64,000 bases of DNA from Paramecium tetraurelia. Its lineage: Eukaryota. The DNA lies in the NCBI GenBank assembly GCA_000165425.1, contig CT867986.1, positions 62,001-126,000 on the forward strand. The letters run 5' to 3'. The notes beneath the pieces are model-generated. The model had not been told where the DNA came from. It was given only the letters and a program-made list of their open reading frames with translations, and did no database searches. Positions 46,590 to 61,821 of the stretch are shown here, piece by piece (position 1 is the first letter of the stretch; each line of letters starts with the position of its first letter). The position numbers and the translations under genes are program-made.

Positions 46590-47429
46590 TCAAATAAATT
46601 AAACATGCTCGTAATCTTAACCATTTCCTTATATGAGAATTGAAGTAGTTTAATTTAGTTTAGGTAATTATTGTAATAATTGTGAAGCATTTCTTGATAA
46701 AGTTTACTAAGGAATCTATTCCTAAATTTCAGCAGGAGGAGTTTGAACTCTGTCTAAGATGTGCCATGATTTGATTTTGGTTATGAAAAGCATCTTTTTT
46801 AAAACATAGAGAAGGCACATAAAAATTGGAACTAAAAATAAAAATACTATGACAGCAAATCCTATATAAAGATATATGCAAATCGTTACCAATCATCGTT
46901 ATCGGACTATTTAAAAAACTAGATTATTGATTGTTTTTATCATTTCCATCAAAAATATTGACGCTAATATTATATATGTTGATTACATTTGAACAACTAG
47001 AAATGCTTAGAGAGCAGTAAAGCCAAGAAAAATGAAGAGAAGACAAATTAGTGCAATCATATTTTCTAAATTTGATTTACATGCTTTTCTCTCTAAATAC
47101 ATTTAAATAAATACAGGAATACAGACTTTACGGGATGTAAATTCAATTTAATATTCAACCTTGCAAATTTCACACTAAGTAAACAATTATTTGTTTTATG
47201 TAACTATCCAGGTTTTAAGACACTCGATTCAAACAAATTGTCTTACCTCTTCATGTACTTATCCAAGAGAACCTTTGCATTTGCAAGGATGTATAATGGG
47301 TTTATCGTTATCCTGTTCAGTTTCAAGACAAATTCGACAGGATTTAATGTCTTATTGCTCAATGAATATGTGTTGCTAGACTTTTAAGGCTGATCTAGTC
47401 TGTTAGGACTCGATAGTTAATTTATTCAT
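46590..47429 (-). CDS. RING-CH (MARCH-type) membrane E3 ubiquitin ligase
   Basis: SCRICLE...IIHPCKCKGSLGQVHEE|CLKTWI...CEICK followed by two hydrophobic segments. Confidence 0.88.
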
Positions 47430-47756
47430 TATTAATAATATAAATTTTCATGACCTAATATAGAAAATGTTTATAAATAAATTTAAACTTCATTATGATA
47501 TGAGAATCGGAATATATAGGGGAATATAAAATTAAGTAAAACCTCAGATTTGGTAAGAACATGGGTGAAATAAATAAAATATTTAAATAATCAATACATA
47601 GTATCTTAGATATAAACAAGGGATTAGCATATATCAGAATGCTTTCTAAAAGTAGGCGAATTAGAAAAGAAATAATAATCTACTACACCAGTTTGGCAAT
47701 TAAATTATGTAATGTATATATATCTTCTGATATGCACACTAATCATTATTGAAGAC

Positions 47757-48493
<737 letters not shown>

Positions 48494-49399
48494 ACTTAAA
48501 TAAATAATAAATTAAAAACTTATTAATATATCATTTCCGTAATCCATTTTATTAGTCCTACCGGGAGTATAATCCCCATCTCTACATCAATATCAAGGAT
48601 GGTTCTGCTATGTATCAAGGCACAAAACTATCAAATACATGATAATGATTTTGGTTTGATTCTTAAAAACTCATTATTAACAAAGGGAATTATTAATCCT
48701 TAAATTATTGATCTAACCATATAAAAACCTTAATATCTGCTTGAAGAATACAATACAAAATTTGATCATAATCTGTATATATTATGTATTACAACAAAAC
48801 TTAGATTATTAGATTCATAATGTATTCGTAGAATGTATTCTAACTTATCACCTTATTAATATCTCTGATGAATATAAATGGGAAAAATATAAATAAAATT
48901 TCACCTTTTAATTTTGAGGAAGATATGGCATTCTCTTGAAAGTTAAACTAGTACTCACTTTCAATTCAAATACAATTATCATATTAAAGTAACAAATTAT
49001 TGAGAAAAAAAAAGTAATAAAATTACATTATTTAAGTGAAAATTAGATCACAAGACTGGAAATTGCATTATTGCAGTAATATGAAAACTCTAACTTCACA
49101 ATTTCTTAAGTAATTGCACAACTATTTTTACAAGCTTGAAAAGTAATAAATTGAATAAGTTAAATTTATAACAAAATAATGTTTTTATTAAAAATGATTG
49201 GAAATAAACATTTGTAAAACATTCTATCATCCTTCAATATTTTATGTTTAATTTAATTTTTAGTTAGTTCAAATCTATTATTGTTAGTGTTTAATTGCAA
49301 ACAAATTTGAAAGTATATTGATATTCTTACAATTTAATATTTATCTTATAGTAATTAAAATAATTTATAGTGCTAAAACTTGGGACTAGGGATAAATAA

Positions 49400-50738
49400 A
49401 TGTTGAACAACTCCAAAAAGTAGAAAAGTAAGTCTAAAAAGTTGTCAAAGGCAAAGGATTTAGAAGTGAAATCAAGATGTGAGAGCGCTAAATTCAAATC
49501 TGAATAGGCGGCATGCTAATATGAGTATGAAATATTTTCATTTGATAGGCAAACTACGATAAAAAAGGTCAAGAATGAAAAGGACATATCCCCCAATCTG
49601 GAGGAAGAAAATCCTTTTGGTTCTTAGATATTATTATAATCTGATTTGTAGGATGATGATAAATTAATTTGCGAGGAAATTGTGAAAGACTTTACTTCCT
49701 TCACATTCAATAATTCATTAGAACATTAAATTAGTTAGGAGGATGAGTAAGAAACTTTGTCAGAATTTATGAGAGAATAAGTGAAATACGAAGAAATTTA
49801 TATTTATAAAAAAAATTACCTCAATAATTAGAAGGAAATTTAGAGTCATATGGTGGCAATTCTATTTGATTGGCTCATCGAAGTTGCTCATTCATTTCAT
49901 TTCAAAAGAGAAACCTTTTATTTGTCCATCAATTATGTGGAAAGATACTTGTTAAGACAACCAAATGTTGTTATATCGAGATTTCAACTTTTAGGAGTGG
50001 CAGCTATCTTCATTGCTCACAAATGTGAGGAGATCTACCCAAAAACTTTAAAAGATTTTCATCGACTTATATAAGACCAATATACAATTTAGGAGATTGA
50101 GTAAATGGAGGTCTTAATATTGAAATCGCTTGATTTTCGAATGTATCCAAACACTCCCATATTTTGGTTGAATTATTATACCAAATTGTGGGACGAATTC
50201 ATTATTGATAAAGACCCTTGTGTTATGTTCAAGGAGAGAACAAATGAGGCATATTACAGATACAGGGAATTGGTGTAGTTATTTGATGTTTGTCTGATAG
50301 ATTATCAATATAAGCAGAATGAGAAGCTGACTATTTTGAGTTTAATTTATCTGGTTGTTGCCAAATAATTATAAATATTCGATGATTATTAAACTATGGC
50401 TATATCACAATCGGAAGTTTACGATTTCTTTCATTCAGATGAATAGAAATACAACAAATTGTTTAGATAATTCATACTCTAATCCGAGATATATTTAGAA
50501 TTTGATAGGCAAATCTTTTATGAGGATTTAAATGATGTAATTTGCCAATTGGTAAAGTATTTCATCCTTCGATTTGATAACTCCTTACCAAGAGTGTTAC
50601 TAAATAACCAATAGTTTATTGATGAAGTAATGTATCTATGTTATAAAATAGATGTAACACGAAGAATTACTATCCTTTTAGACATACAATAAAAGTACAA
50701 TAGAAACTATAACAATTATTTCAAAACAAAATTAATGA
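49400..50738 (+). CDS. Cyclin (A/B/E-type cyclin box)
   Basis: MVAILFDWLIEVAHSFHFKRETFYLSINYVERYL...FQLLGVAAIFIAHKCEEIYP...MEVLILKSLDF. One intron near 50627-50651. Confidence 0.88.
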
Positions 50739-50875
50739 TTTAAGATTTCTTTATTTCAATAGATTACACATATCAAATATAAAATAACTTTTTAATTTAA
50801 ATGTGGTCCAATAAGCTGATTTTGAATCAAATCCAGGATATAATTGTTTTTTTCTATTTATAAAATTAATAAAAC

Positions 50876-53215
50876 ATGTTAAAATAAAATGAAGAAAATG
50901 AAATACCATTTAATGGTGAATTTGAGGATAGTGAAGAAGAATCAGAAGAGTTTTCTGAGGAAGACTCCGAAGATGACGAGTTATAGAATAAGAGAAAGAA
51001 GAAAAGAAAATAATTAGTTAATAATAACAAAAGATTGATTATGAATGTATCAGACACCTAATATGCTGCTGTTAAATTCGTGGGCAAAATCTTAAACAAG
51101 TTCTAGTTGCAATACACTCCCTATTTAGAAACCTAAGTATGGGATTTCTGTTGGACCGATAATGCAGTGCTACCTGAAACTCTGGCGAGAATGTAAAGTA
51201 AAATATATTTAATTATAAAATAGGCCATTAAAGAATTAATCATTTTCCTGGAATGTACTGCATAGCCAGAAAGAACTATTTAGGCAAAAATTTAAATAAA
51301 ATGGCTAAACAGTTTCCAGAGGAATTTGATTTTTATCCTAAAACTTGGATGCTGCCTTCTGATATTTCAGATCTTAGACAAAACATAGGAAAAATTAAAT
51401 ATTTTATTGTTAAACCAGAGGCATCATGTTAAGGAAGAGGTATGACTGTTAGAAATTATTAAAGGCATATTTTTGACCAAATAAGTTGAATCTATAGCAT
51501 CTGAACATTGTGTAGTCTAGAGATATCTACATAAACCCTTGTTAATAGATGGGTTAAAATTTGACTTTCGCATGTATGTTTTATTGGCAGGTTGTGATCC
51601 ACTAAGGTAATTTGTAGGATCTCCTATATTAGAATATACCTATTTAAAGAAGGATTAGCCAGATTTGCTACACAACCATACTAATTGCCCAATCAAATGA
51701 ATGCTGAAGAAATGTGTATGCATCTGACCAATTATGCAATCAATAAAGATAACCCTAATTTTGTATTCAACACGGATGAAAAATAGTTGGATGTGGGACA
51801 TAAAAGAAGTCTGTCTAGTGTTTTTAAATTGTTGTCTGAATAAACTAATATCGATGAATTGATGGCAAAAATAAAGGATTTAATTATTAAAACGTTTTGT
51901 TCAGTATAACCTTTTCTGCAATCCAACTACACTCAACCTGATAACTATGCTAACAACATGTGTTTTGAGATCTTGGGATTCGATATCATAATTGACAATG
52001 CATATAAACCCTATTTATTAGAGGTGAATCATACACCAAGTTTCACTGCAGACACTCCTCTAGATGCTCTCATTAAAAAGAATCTGATAAGAGACACTAT
52101 TACACTTATGAATATCAATTTAAAAGTTAAAAATGACCTGTAGCAATTGTAAAAAGAGTAGATGCAAAGAAGAGTGCTTGGAAAAAAACCTAAGCTTTCT
52201 AATGAGGAAAAGAAATCTCTCAAATTATAAGCTTAAGTAGAAAGAGAATAATATGAATCTCAACACTTGGGAAATTTCGAAAAGATATACCCTTGTGATA
52301 AATCTTATGATGAATATTTATAGCATGCTTAAAAAATATATGAAGAATGGACAGGAGCAAGTAACTTAACTCATATCTTTAGATATTCGCAGAAATGTTA
52401 AAAAAGATAATGCAACTGAGAGAGACAAATTGCCATAGCAAAGACAGTTATAACACTCTATTACTATTTAAGGGTCAATTGATTCTAACAATAAACCATC
52501 GATGGATCCAGCTAAACCATCCATTCGAAAGAGTTTATATAAACATGTACATAGCAAAGTATTTTCTAATATCAACCCATAAAAATCAATGACAGAATTA
52601 CCTTAATAATAATAACCCATCGAATATAAATTATAAGATGGAAACGATAATGAAATTGCAATTGAAGACTAATAAAATAATTATAAATAATAAGAGAAGA
52701 TTGATAGATCTAAAAGACCTCCTTCATTTTATGTTATGAAATCAGTAAAATAAGGCTCAGAATTATAATTAGTAGATTTATTCAACTATAAAAGAATTAG
52801 TATTCCTGAGACTTCTCCCCAATCCTAGCCAATTATGTTATAATAACAATCTTTGCAGATTTCATAACAATAATAATAATAATCTCCAAATTTTAAATCA
52901 GCTACCCAATTGGCTAGACATTTTTCCATTCGCAAAACTAATAAGAGTAAATTGAAGCCGAGCGAAAGTGATCAAGAAGCTAAAAAAGATCTGATTCAAG
53001 CAGTAAATCAATACTCTTAATTTTAATAATAATAATAATAATAATCCTTTTTCTAATCTTAATAACAACATTTATAAAATTAATAACAACAACCGAATGG
53101 ATCTTTTGTTAAACCAAAAGTATTTAACTTAAAATTGTAACCACCCCATTTTAAAATACCCTCTCTTCCAATATTAATGCAACAATAAAATTACTATAAA
53201 TTTAGATATGATTGA
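50876..53215 (+). CDS. Tubulin polyglutamylase, TTLL6/13-like
   Basis: WDFCWTD, INHFPGMYCIARK, FIVKPEASCQGRGIF, QRYLHKPLLIDGLKFDFRMYV, EGLARFAT, MHLTNYAINK, CFEILGFDI, LLEVNHTPSF, then a Gln-rich tail. Confidence 0.9.
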
Positions 53216-53579
53216 TATTAATTTTTGTTATTATTATTGTACCCAAGTCAATAACTAATCTCTTGTTATTTACATCAATTTTAATAATCATTAGATATTT
53301 TATATATATATAATATATATTATATTAGTCCAATTAATAAATATTAATCTAATAGTATTAATTAATAAATTTATTAATCATCATTAATTTCAAGTTTGTT
53401 AATTAATTTGATTGCTTCTTTATTTATCGTCTATCTTCAAATTTACCCTAGAATTACGAATTGAATGTCAATATTGATCAGGAAAGTGATTATCGTTTAA
53501 ATGATATTTAATTCTGTCTAACATGGCTTATCCCATGATCTCAAATGGATATGCTTTAAATATTATTATATATAAATTA

Positions 53580-54091
53580 ATGTTGCAATCAAATCCTCTA
53601 CTCTTGACAATCTCAAATATTTTAGATGAAATAATCAAAGAAACTGATACACTTGAGATAGAGTATAACTCTATTTTTCATGCAAATAAAGCTCCTTCAA
53701 TTACAATCTACAATTACTTGCAAAGAATAGCTAAATACACACATTGTAGCGAATAATGCTTTGTGATTGCTCTTATATACTTAGATAGGTTGCAGGAGAA
53801 ACATACATATCTTGTGTTGAATTCCCATTGCATACATAGGTATATATCCATTTTATAAAACTAATATGAAGGTTTCTTTTAATGTCGCTTCTGACAGCAA
53901 TCAAATTTTAGGATGATGATTACTACAAAAATGAGTACTATGCGAAGGTAGGAGGAGTAAATCTGAAGGAGATAAATGTATTGGAGTAAGAATTCCTGGA
54001 ATACATGGATTACTAATTATTCGTAGATGAATAGTAATACGCTATATATGAAAGAAGATTGCTCGAATTTGGCGAGATTGAAATGCCATGA
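53580..54091 (+). CDS. PHO80/P(U)-type cyclin
   Basis: [40 protein letters not shown]...IHR|FLLMSLLTAIKFQDDDYYKNEYYAKVGGV..KEINVLE. An alternative in-frame ATG lies at 53523. Confidence 0.9.
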
Positions 54092-54279
54092 CAATTTTGA
54101 AGTGTATATTAATATTTGATTTTTTGTTCTTTTTAGATATAAATTCTCTTAATCAAAATTAAATTATTCTGCTTTGAAATTCGTCAATTTTAATGACTAT
54201 ATATAGAGAATCAGAAATAATAGCGTATATTATGTATTGTTGAATTATAAAATAAACTTTAAGTCTTCATTGTTGATGT

Positions 54280-55981
54280 TCATATTAAATTGTTAATTAA
54301 GTCTAATATTTTGTATGAAATCCATTCATCATAGTAATCACGAAACTGCTCTTCAATCAATTTCTGCTCATCTGCAAGCTTGTCTTAAACAAATTTGTTT
54401 GATGTTAAAGAGTATTTGAAAATTATAATTAGAAATTCATTATAGTGTTATTCAACCAAATCCTTAAATTGTAAATCAAAATCAAACTTATACTCTTTAA
54501 AGTAATTATCAGTAATTTTATTCCATTCTTTTAAAAAAGTAGTTTAGATGCCATTGAAAATTCTCCTTAACACTTCATACATAACGTTAGCTTTTGAATG
54601 ATATTTATTAATTATGAACTCAATATCCACATTATTATTAAGCGTTTCAGCTTTTTTACCTTGTTTAGCCTGACTTTCTAGATATTTCGCATTACTATCT
54701 TTGATATAATTGATATAATTAGGATCAAAATATTCTGAAATAACTTTTTCTACAAAGTTTTGTACAATGATGTTAATAAGGCTATTTAAAAATAAACTTT
54801 ATTATGTTTTAATTAATTCCAACCATTATACCTCTTTCTCTTCCCTCTAATCTTTTTCATTATTCTATTTACTCTCTTGCTAATCTTAATTATCAGTTTC
54901 GCAAGTTCCAATCTTAATCTTGGACATCAATTAATCTTATTTGTCAGTTTATTCTTTGCAATTTATGTTAAAATTCTCCTCGCATTCCTATATAAATTTG
55001 AGGTTTTTTTCATTCAATACATTATATAGTTCATTAGAAGATTCATTAATTTGTTATTCAAATGTTTTTTTTTCCTTGTTCGCATTCTTATTCCAAATTT
55101 TGAATTTGTCCATCCATCCTGACTCATTTTTATTTTAAATTGCTTCCTCTTTTACATCTACAACTCTTAATTAAAATTCTTAAATATTTTCAATTTCTTT
55201 CAAGATGACTTCAATTGTTTTGCCATCTAAATTAATTTCATACTAATCTTTATTAACTATATAATCCAATAAATTTTTAACCACTTTTTTAACACTTTCT
55301 TCATCTTTTTTAATATTTTCTTTGTCTTCTTAATTTTATTCGGTGGGGAAGTTTGTAAAATATAATTACATAAATTTAAACTTGGATTTAGAGCCTTATT
55401 TCTTCTAAAATTGAAGGATGATATTTTCTGGTATGATATTCCCATGATGAAGTGAAATTTTTTTTCTTTCGCTAAAATGCTTTAAAATTGCAATTATAAT
55501 TTTTTTAACTTTTGTATTCTTAACTTACTACTATTTGGTAATCTATTAAATTTATTTTTATACGATACCATCCTATTGTAAAATATATTTAAAGGCATAT
55601 GCTTGGCAAAGTCAAATTAAAACCAAGCATAATATTGAGTCTCATTTGTTACAAATTCATCAAATTTTTCCACTTTCATTTCCTCCTTAAATTTCAACTA
55701 ATGATCACTATTCTCAAATATCTGCATTCTCATAAATTTTTGGTTCAACTCTTCCATGAAATTCGGCTAAATTCTATTATAATTATTAATATCTACAATT
55801 TGATTATTATTGCTTTAAAATTCAGTTTATATCGAATCCATCACTAGGATTGATGGTATTGTGACATTAATACCTTATTTGCTAATGTTACAATAGGCAG
55901 TATCTAAATCCAAGTAAACACTCCAGCCTAAAAGATAGGCTCTAAGGATTAATAGAATTATTAAATTAGGATTTATGTCAT
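54280..55981 (-). CDS. Hypothetical coiled-coil protein; start uncertain
   Basis: Long E/K/Q-rich ciliate-code frames with tiny introns, ending ...YYDEWISYKILDLINNLI*. Confidence 0.5.
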
Positions 55982-56020
55982 ATAAATCGAATTTGAATTG
56001 ATTATATAATATATATTTTT

Positions 56021-59000
56021 TCATTATTCTAATTCATTTTGCAATATTCTCTCCTGGTAGACAATGATCTTGTTTGAATTGACGCATAAAACTATTAGAA
56101 CTCCGATTATTACAAAGAAGAAGATGGCGCCAACTCCAAACTACCACCAAAAGTTCCTTCTTCTTTTTTCTGTCACCCAGAATGTGTAGTCTGGATAAAC
56201 GTTATTAATTACAAAGGAGTTTCTGGAGAAATCATCAGTGTAATTATTATAAGCTACCAATTCTATTTCAGTCATATTGAGTGCGTGATTAATAGTTGAT
56301 GTATTTATACATTAGACCTAATTGACTGTAATCTTAACTTCATTCGTTACAAATAGATATTAAAATTCTGTCTGATTGACTTAATACAAAATAGTCTGAT
56401 TATTGGTGATAATCGGATTGCTGATATTATATTTGGTTAGATTTTGTATTCCTATAAAGCCAACAGGTGAGCCAACGTGCTGATACACTTTATTTGGATT
56501 GAAAGCCACTTTGAGAGTCAAATCCTTAGTGAAATCCTTCAAGGTAGGTATTCCATAGAGACCAAACACATATTCAGGTACTCCCAATTCATTGGATTCA
56601 GTATAGAAGAACCCAACGATGGCCTCACCTCCAGAGTAGACTCCTAAGGTTTGATATTTGGCAAAGGAAATGAGTTTATAAATTAAATCGACTTAAGCTG
56701 ATCCACTTCTTTCGATGATGGGTAGTGTCACCTAGAACAGATAGGAATTGGAAGTAGTAGATATCAAAAATGGAGTTGACAAATAAGTATTCGTAATCCA
56801 ACCAATTGAAATTGACGTAACAGCCTATATTTGCACTCCATCTAATTTATATAAACAATAAATAAATACTTGGTAATTAAGACTAATAAGCTCCATATTT
56901 GGCAATACTTTTGTACAAGAATTGCAATACAGAGTTTTCGTATAAAATGATTACTCCTGCATCCATATTGGATAAGAACTTCTTGACGAAATCTCTGTTG
57001 AGTAATGTTTTATTTCTTCTAGATTACAATTCCAATTCCTCAGCATCAACTACAAATAATGAATAACTCTTCAATGGATAAACAAGGTTGTATTAAGTTG
57101 CATTTTACAGTTCCAAAGTTGAATTGCTTGCACTCACATTAACAGTCAAAATGAACTGACTATATTCTAGTGCCAATATATTATATTAAAATTAAGCAGA
57201 CTTTAAATTAGGATAGGCTGTTTATTTTAGTAGTTGATATCCTGAAAATCCTAGTATTGTTCTATTGTTTGATTCTGTACCATTGTAATAATAGAAATAA
57301 GTGTCATCCTTGTTTGAACACACTGTGATTAGATATCCACTGTCGGACGTAATGAATGTGTATATGCAGGTAGCATCAATGTAGGCAGGAACGGTGTATA
57401 GAAATAGGGCATCATTTTCATTTAAGATGTAAATAGCTCTTCCTGACTGAAGGAATGTTTGAATTGTGTCTTAGCCAGCTATTATGCCTGAAGTCACAGA
57501 AGTGTAAACCAAGGAGAAATTAGCTTATTATCTTGTAATAGGTTGGACAACACTATTATTGATAGCTTAATGCTTCTTATCTTTTTAATAGCAATCTATG
57601 AATGCTTCGTTGAAATCCACTTTCAATCCTATCTTATTGATTGCTGTGTAATTGGATATGTATCCAAAAAAGTAATCAGCAGGATTAATATTTAAATAGA
57701 AAATACTTCCCAAGACAGTCATAGGAGTAAATGCTTAATTCTCTCTTGCAATGATTCCTATTTCTTATTTTGTTGATTTGACCTATCTTGTAATAGCTGC
57801 TTCTTATGCTGGAGCTTGATTGAAATTGTTTTCAGCAATAACCTAAAGTTCAAACACATCAACTCTGTTTTACTGGATATTTGGTGTATATAAGACAGCA
57901 GGCTCTTTGAATACTTAAAGTTATTGAATTTCGTTGGAAATACTCGATGACAAAAACAACAAATCATACTTGAAATCCAACACTTTGTCAATCTGTTGAT
58001 TGTGTCCCCTATTTATAGATATGATATTTAAATTTTATGGCGGTTAGTTTAAATTAATGATTTAATAAATTTATGAATATTCTGTTGTTGATGGATTTAA
58101 TACGACTAATTAATATTGATTCGCTTGATTAGTCTATACAGCCACATAGAACTTATCATTATTTGATATTCCAGTGACGAATGGTTGGGAGATAGTGAGT
58201 TAGAATTGGGTTAGGGATATTGTTTAGAATGATGCAGATGCTTTGTAAGCAGCATCGTAGTACAAAAATTGATAGGGATAAAAGTAAATGTTTTGTGTTG
58301 ATGTGGTTGCTGTTTGTGAAAGTTGAATCAAATAGACTCCTTCTCTTACTAATCCAATGCTGATTTATTATTATTTAAATTTATTGGGATAATTGAAAGC
58401 TACAAAGATATTATAGTGATATTTCTTTTGTGTTTCTTACTCAATATCGAAATTGTTCTTACTGTTTTGGATCATCAATAATTCATATTGATTATCAACA
58501 AAGTAGGTGTCATTGAAGATGTAAGGATTCAGGAACACCTATCTAGGGACATATTAATTTCCAGCAATGGTGTATTGATGAATCAATAGATTATCTACAC
58601 AAATAATGGAGTTAGGTGTTGATGTCAATATTATCAAGGCTTCTTGAACATAGTTGACACTTGAAATCACCATTGTTGGAGGTATGTCTTTAGTAAGTTT
58701 TGTTACCTATTTCTTTCTTTATATCAACAATTTCATCTTATCGTAATCGTATTCAAATGAGAAGATCTCCTATTGGGTTGCGATCACAATGTGGAATAAT
58801 AAGCCTGATTTAATAGCTGTAATGCCAACAACAGGGGTAGTGAATTCACCCTTTATGATCTCAATGATCTGACATGCCAAGAACTTGCATTTTTCAATTT
58901 GAATATTTTTAGAATTAGTAGTCAACTGAGAGAAAATAAAGAATGTATCATCATCCACTTGATATGTACTGCTATATGCAATTACATAATTATTTGATAT

Positions 59001-60737
59001 GATATTAACTTAGTTTATGTAGAGCAATGTAGTATTTGGTTGTAAAGTCTCGATAGTAGAATTCTCTTCTTATAATTAGGTTGTTTCGATCTTGTATTTC
59101 AAATTACTTCCAAAAAATTAATCACCTAAGGGCAACAATTTGGATTGAGAATTAAATAATAAAATGGGTTCTGCTTTGCCGTCTGGTTTAGTTAAGGCAA
59201 CAAAATTATACATGTCATTAACATTCAGTAATTCATAGTTAAAAGTACAAGAACATTAAGTTCCATCTTAGCTAGTTGCATTTATTGAGATCTAAATTGG
59301 CACATTATAATTTGTATTCAGAGTCTTTAAGGAATACAAATAAGGCATCTAGATCTGATATGTGATAATTGTAGTATTCTAAAACACAACGAATTGAGAT
59401 CCAAACCCATAAAAGACTGATAGTAATGCTGGAGTTTATGAGTAATACAAAAACCCATATTACACCTTCTCTTCCTTCAAAAGATATCTATTCTCGTAAA
59501 TCACAAAACTACTATCGGTGGTGATTACTGTATATAACAAACTCACTTTAACAGACAATCTTTTATTAGTATCGAAGGTCTTTGGTAAACCTGGCTTTTA
59601 GTTTGATTACAAATTAGATGTTGAATAGAAATCCAAGCCCTTCTTGGTTACTATAGATATGAATAGATTGTATTCTCCATTTGTATATGATTCTCTGTAT
59701 ACTCCCATTCCTTATGATGAGTCTACTACTATCATTACGTTCTTATGAATTTTCTTGGAAAAATCGTGAATTACCAAAGCATCAAAAAACAATAGGTAAA
59801 CTAGAGTTACTAAAATAAAGTCATACTTTTATCAGGGTCAGCCAAGTAGGCACCGTAAGCAGCTTTGTCATGATGTCCTGAAAAATAAACAGTCATTTTG
59901 ATTGGTTCATGGAGTGATCTCTAAAACTCAAGTTTGAATATATGGACGATGGTTTCAGGGTTGAAGTAATTTGCATGGACAACAGCAGCATAGAACTCCT
60001 CTAAATACATGTTGAATTCGAATAGATACATTCTTGATTGTTCAGTATTTGCAAATAGGAAAATTCTAATTAATTTGCTAGTACGTATTCGTAGGGAGAC
60101 TGTATAAGAATTGGCAAATATTTGGTTATAATTTTGATTACTACTCTTTGGAAAAAGTAGAATATTTGAAATCCTTCCTTTCTTGTTACACATGATACGA
60201 TGATGTCATTATCAAAAACATAGGCAACATTTGTGCAAATTGCAGTTGAAGTGCCTAAAATGAATTAATGAATCACTTGAAAATGAAGAAGTTAATTAAA
60301 TCCAAGTCGGTGTTTTTTAATTCAATGATGTCTCATAAACATAATATTCATTGTTTATTGACACCAAAGCCAAAAATTGATCTTACTGATAATTAGGATT
60401 AGACCAATTAAAATAGGCTGCGTCATCTATAAAGATGGTGTTCTCTATTATTATTCAATGAAAATACATACCTGGAAATTATGACTTCTTCAAAGTTATT
60501 GTGCTCATTTTAGTAGATTAAGAAACACCAAATTGATATGTGCCATTGATAGAGTAGGTTAAACCCTACCCATGGAAGTATTTGTCAAGTGGTTATAAAA
60601 AGGAATTAGAATTTGATGGATAAATTATTTCAGGATGTTCAGGGTTCACCTACATTATACATCAAATTCCTTACTTCGCAACTCGTAAATCCAGCAAGGA
60701 TTGCTTGAATCTATAACAGAAACAACAATTATATCAT
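56021..60737 (-). CDS. Large (about 1500 aa) type-I single-pass membrane / surface protein
   Basis: Signal peptide MIQLLFLLQIQAILA; beta-rich ectodomain with many N-x-S/T sites and two YFxGxxL(T/K)Y repeats; C-terminal TM WWQFGVGAIFFFVIIGVLIVLC and a short tail. Confidence 0.75.
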
Positions 60738-60837
60738 TTATTAAAATATTGATTATTTTATTGCATTTCCTTTAAACTAGTAGATGTTGAAATCAATAAT
60801 TTTTATACAAAAGCATTAACTATTTGATAAAGAATAG

Positions 60838-61821
60838 ATGCAAAGTGCGCAATCAAAAAGGATTCTACCCAAATAGAGTCCATAACCAATTAAGTCCAAT
60901 AAACTTAATGAATTATTTCATCAAAAGAATGTCAAACTCATAAACATTAATGTCAAAACTAGACTACGTTCTCGTTCTTTCCCAAATTCACTTAACCCCT
61001 TTAAATATATAGAAGGCAAAGGAATCGCCAAGATATAGTCATTTCTCATAACTCAACCCTCCATTAGTTCACAAAAATACCTTCGTAAAACTAGACCTTT
61101 GATAAAGAGTGAAAGAGATCTTGAAAAACAGTACTAACACTAAACCAAGGAGTAGTTTAGACAGAGAAGGAGAAGTTGTGAATGTGAATTTTGTGGAATT
61201 CTAAGCAGATTCCAGAAACAATGCATGAATCACGAATTCAAAGTACAGTAAATTGAAAAAGAACGAGAATCACCCATGCATAAATTCCAAAGATCCATTC
61301 GGAAACATTAAATTTATGTTATGGCACCTTATCTTTTTGCTGTAGAAACACCTACTGAACCATTTGAATAATCCATTATCAGATAAAATACTCTCAAAAT
61401 TGAAAAAAAAAAAACTCAAATGCTTGATGTAATTAAACAAGAAGATGCTCTCCACATTAATTCTTCAAAAATCCTTGAACGAACTCCAACCAAAAAACCT
61501 AGCTTTTTTGAATCCTTCCTAGTCAAATAAAAAGAAATCATCAATAGCGAAAAAAGCAAACTAGTCAATAAATAATTTTCTTCATTATCCTACCATCTTT
61601 TATCTAGAAACACTTATTAATCTATTAAACCATTTAAATCCTAACTTCCTTAAATTCAAACCAATTTATATAGACAAGAGCCTCTCCTTTCTACTGAGAG
61701 AAACACTTAAAAGAAATCTGAAAAAACCATTAAGGAACTTTACATCAAACCATTCATCCATAAATATTCACGAATCAGATTGGTCACACTTCCAGACTTA
61801 ATTCCAAATCATATTTAATGA
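60838..61821 (+). CDS. Hypothetical basic low-complexity protein with RRRSCECEFCG motif
   Basis: Intronless 327-aa ORF in ciliate code, ATG 60838 to TGA 61819-61821. Confidence 0.65.

Noticed and set aside
53024..53046. (TAA)n runs here and near 30775-30800 resembling stop clusters or microsatellites
   Set aside because: They are poly-Gln coding tracts under the ciliate code.
59960..60160. Apparent frameshift in the large membrane-protein gene
   Set aside because: Explained by a canonical 29-nt intron (GTATCTATTC...TGTATTTAG).
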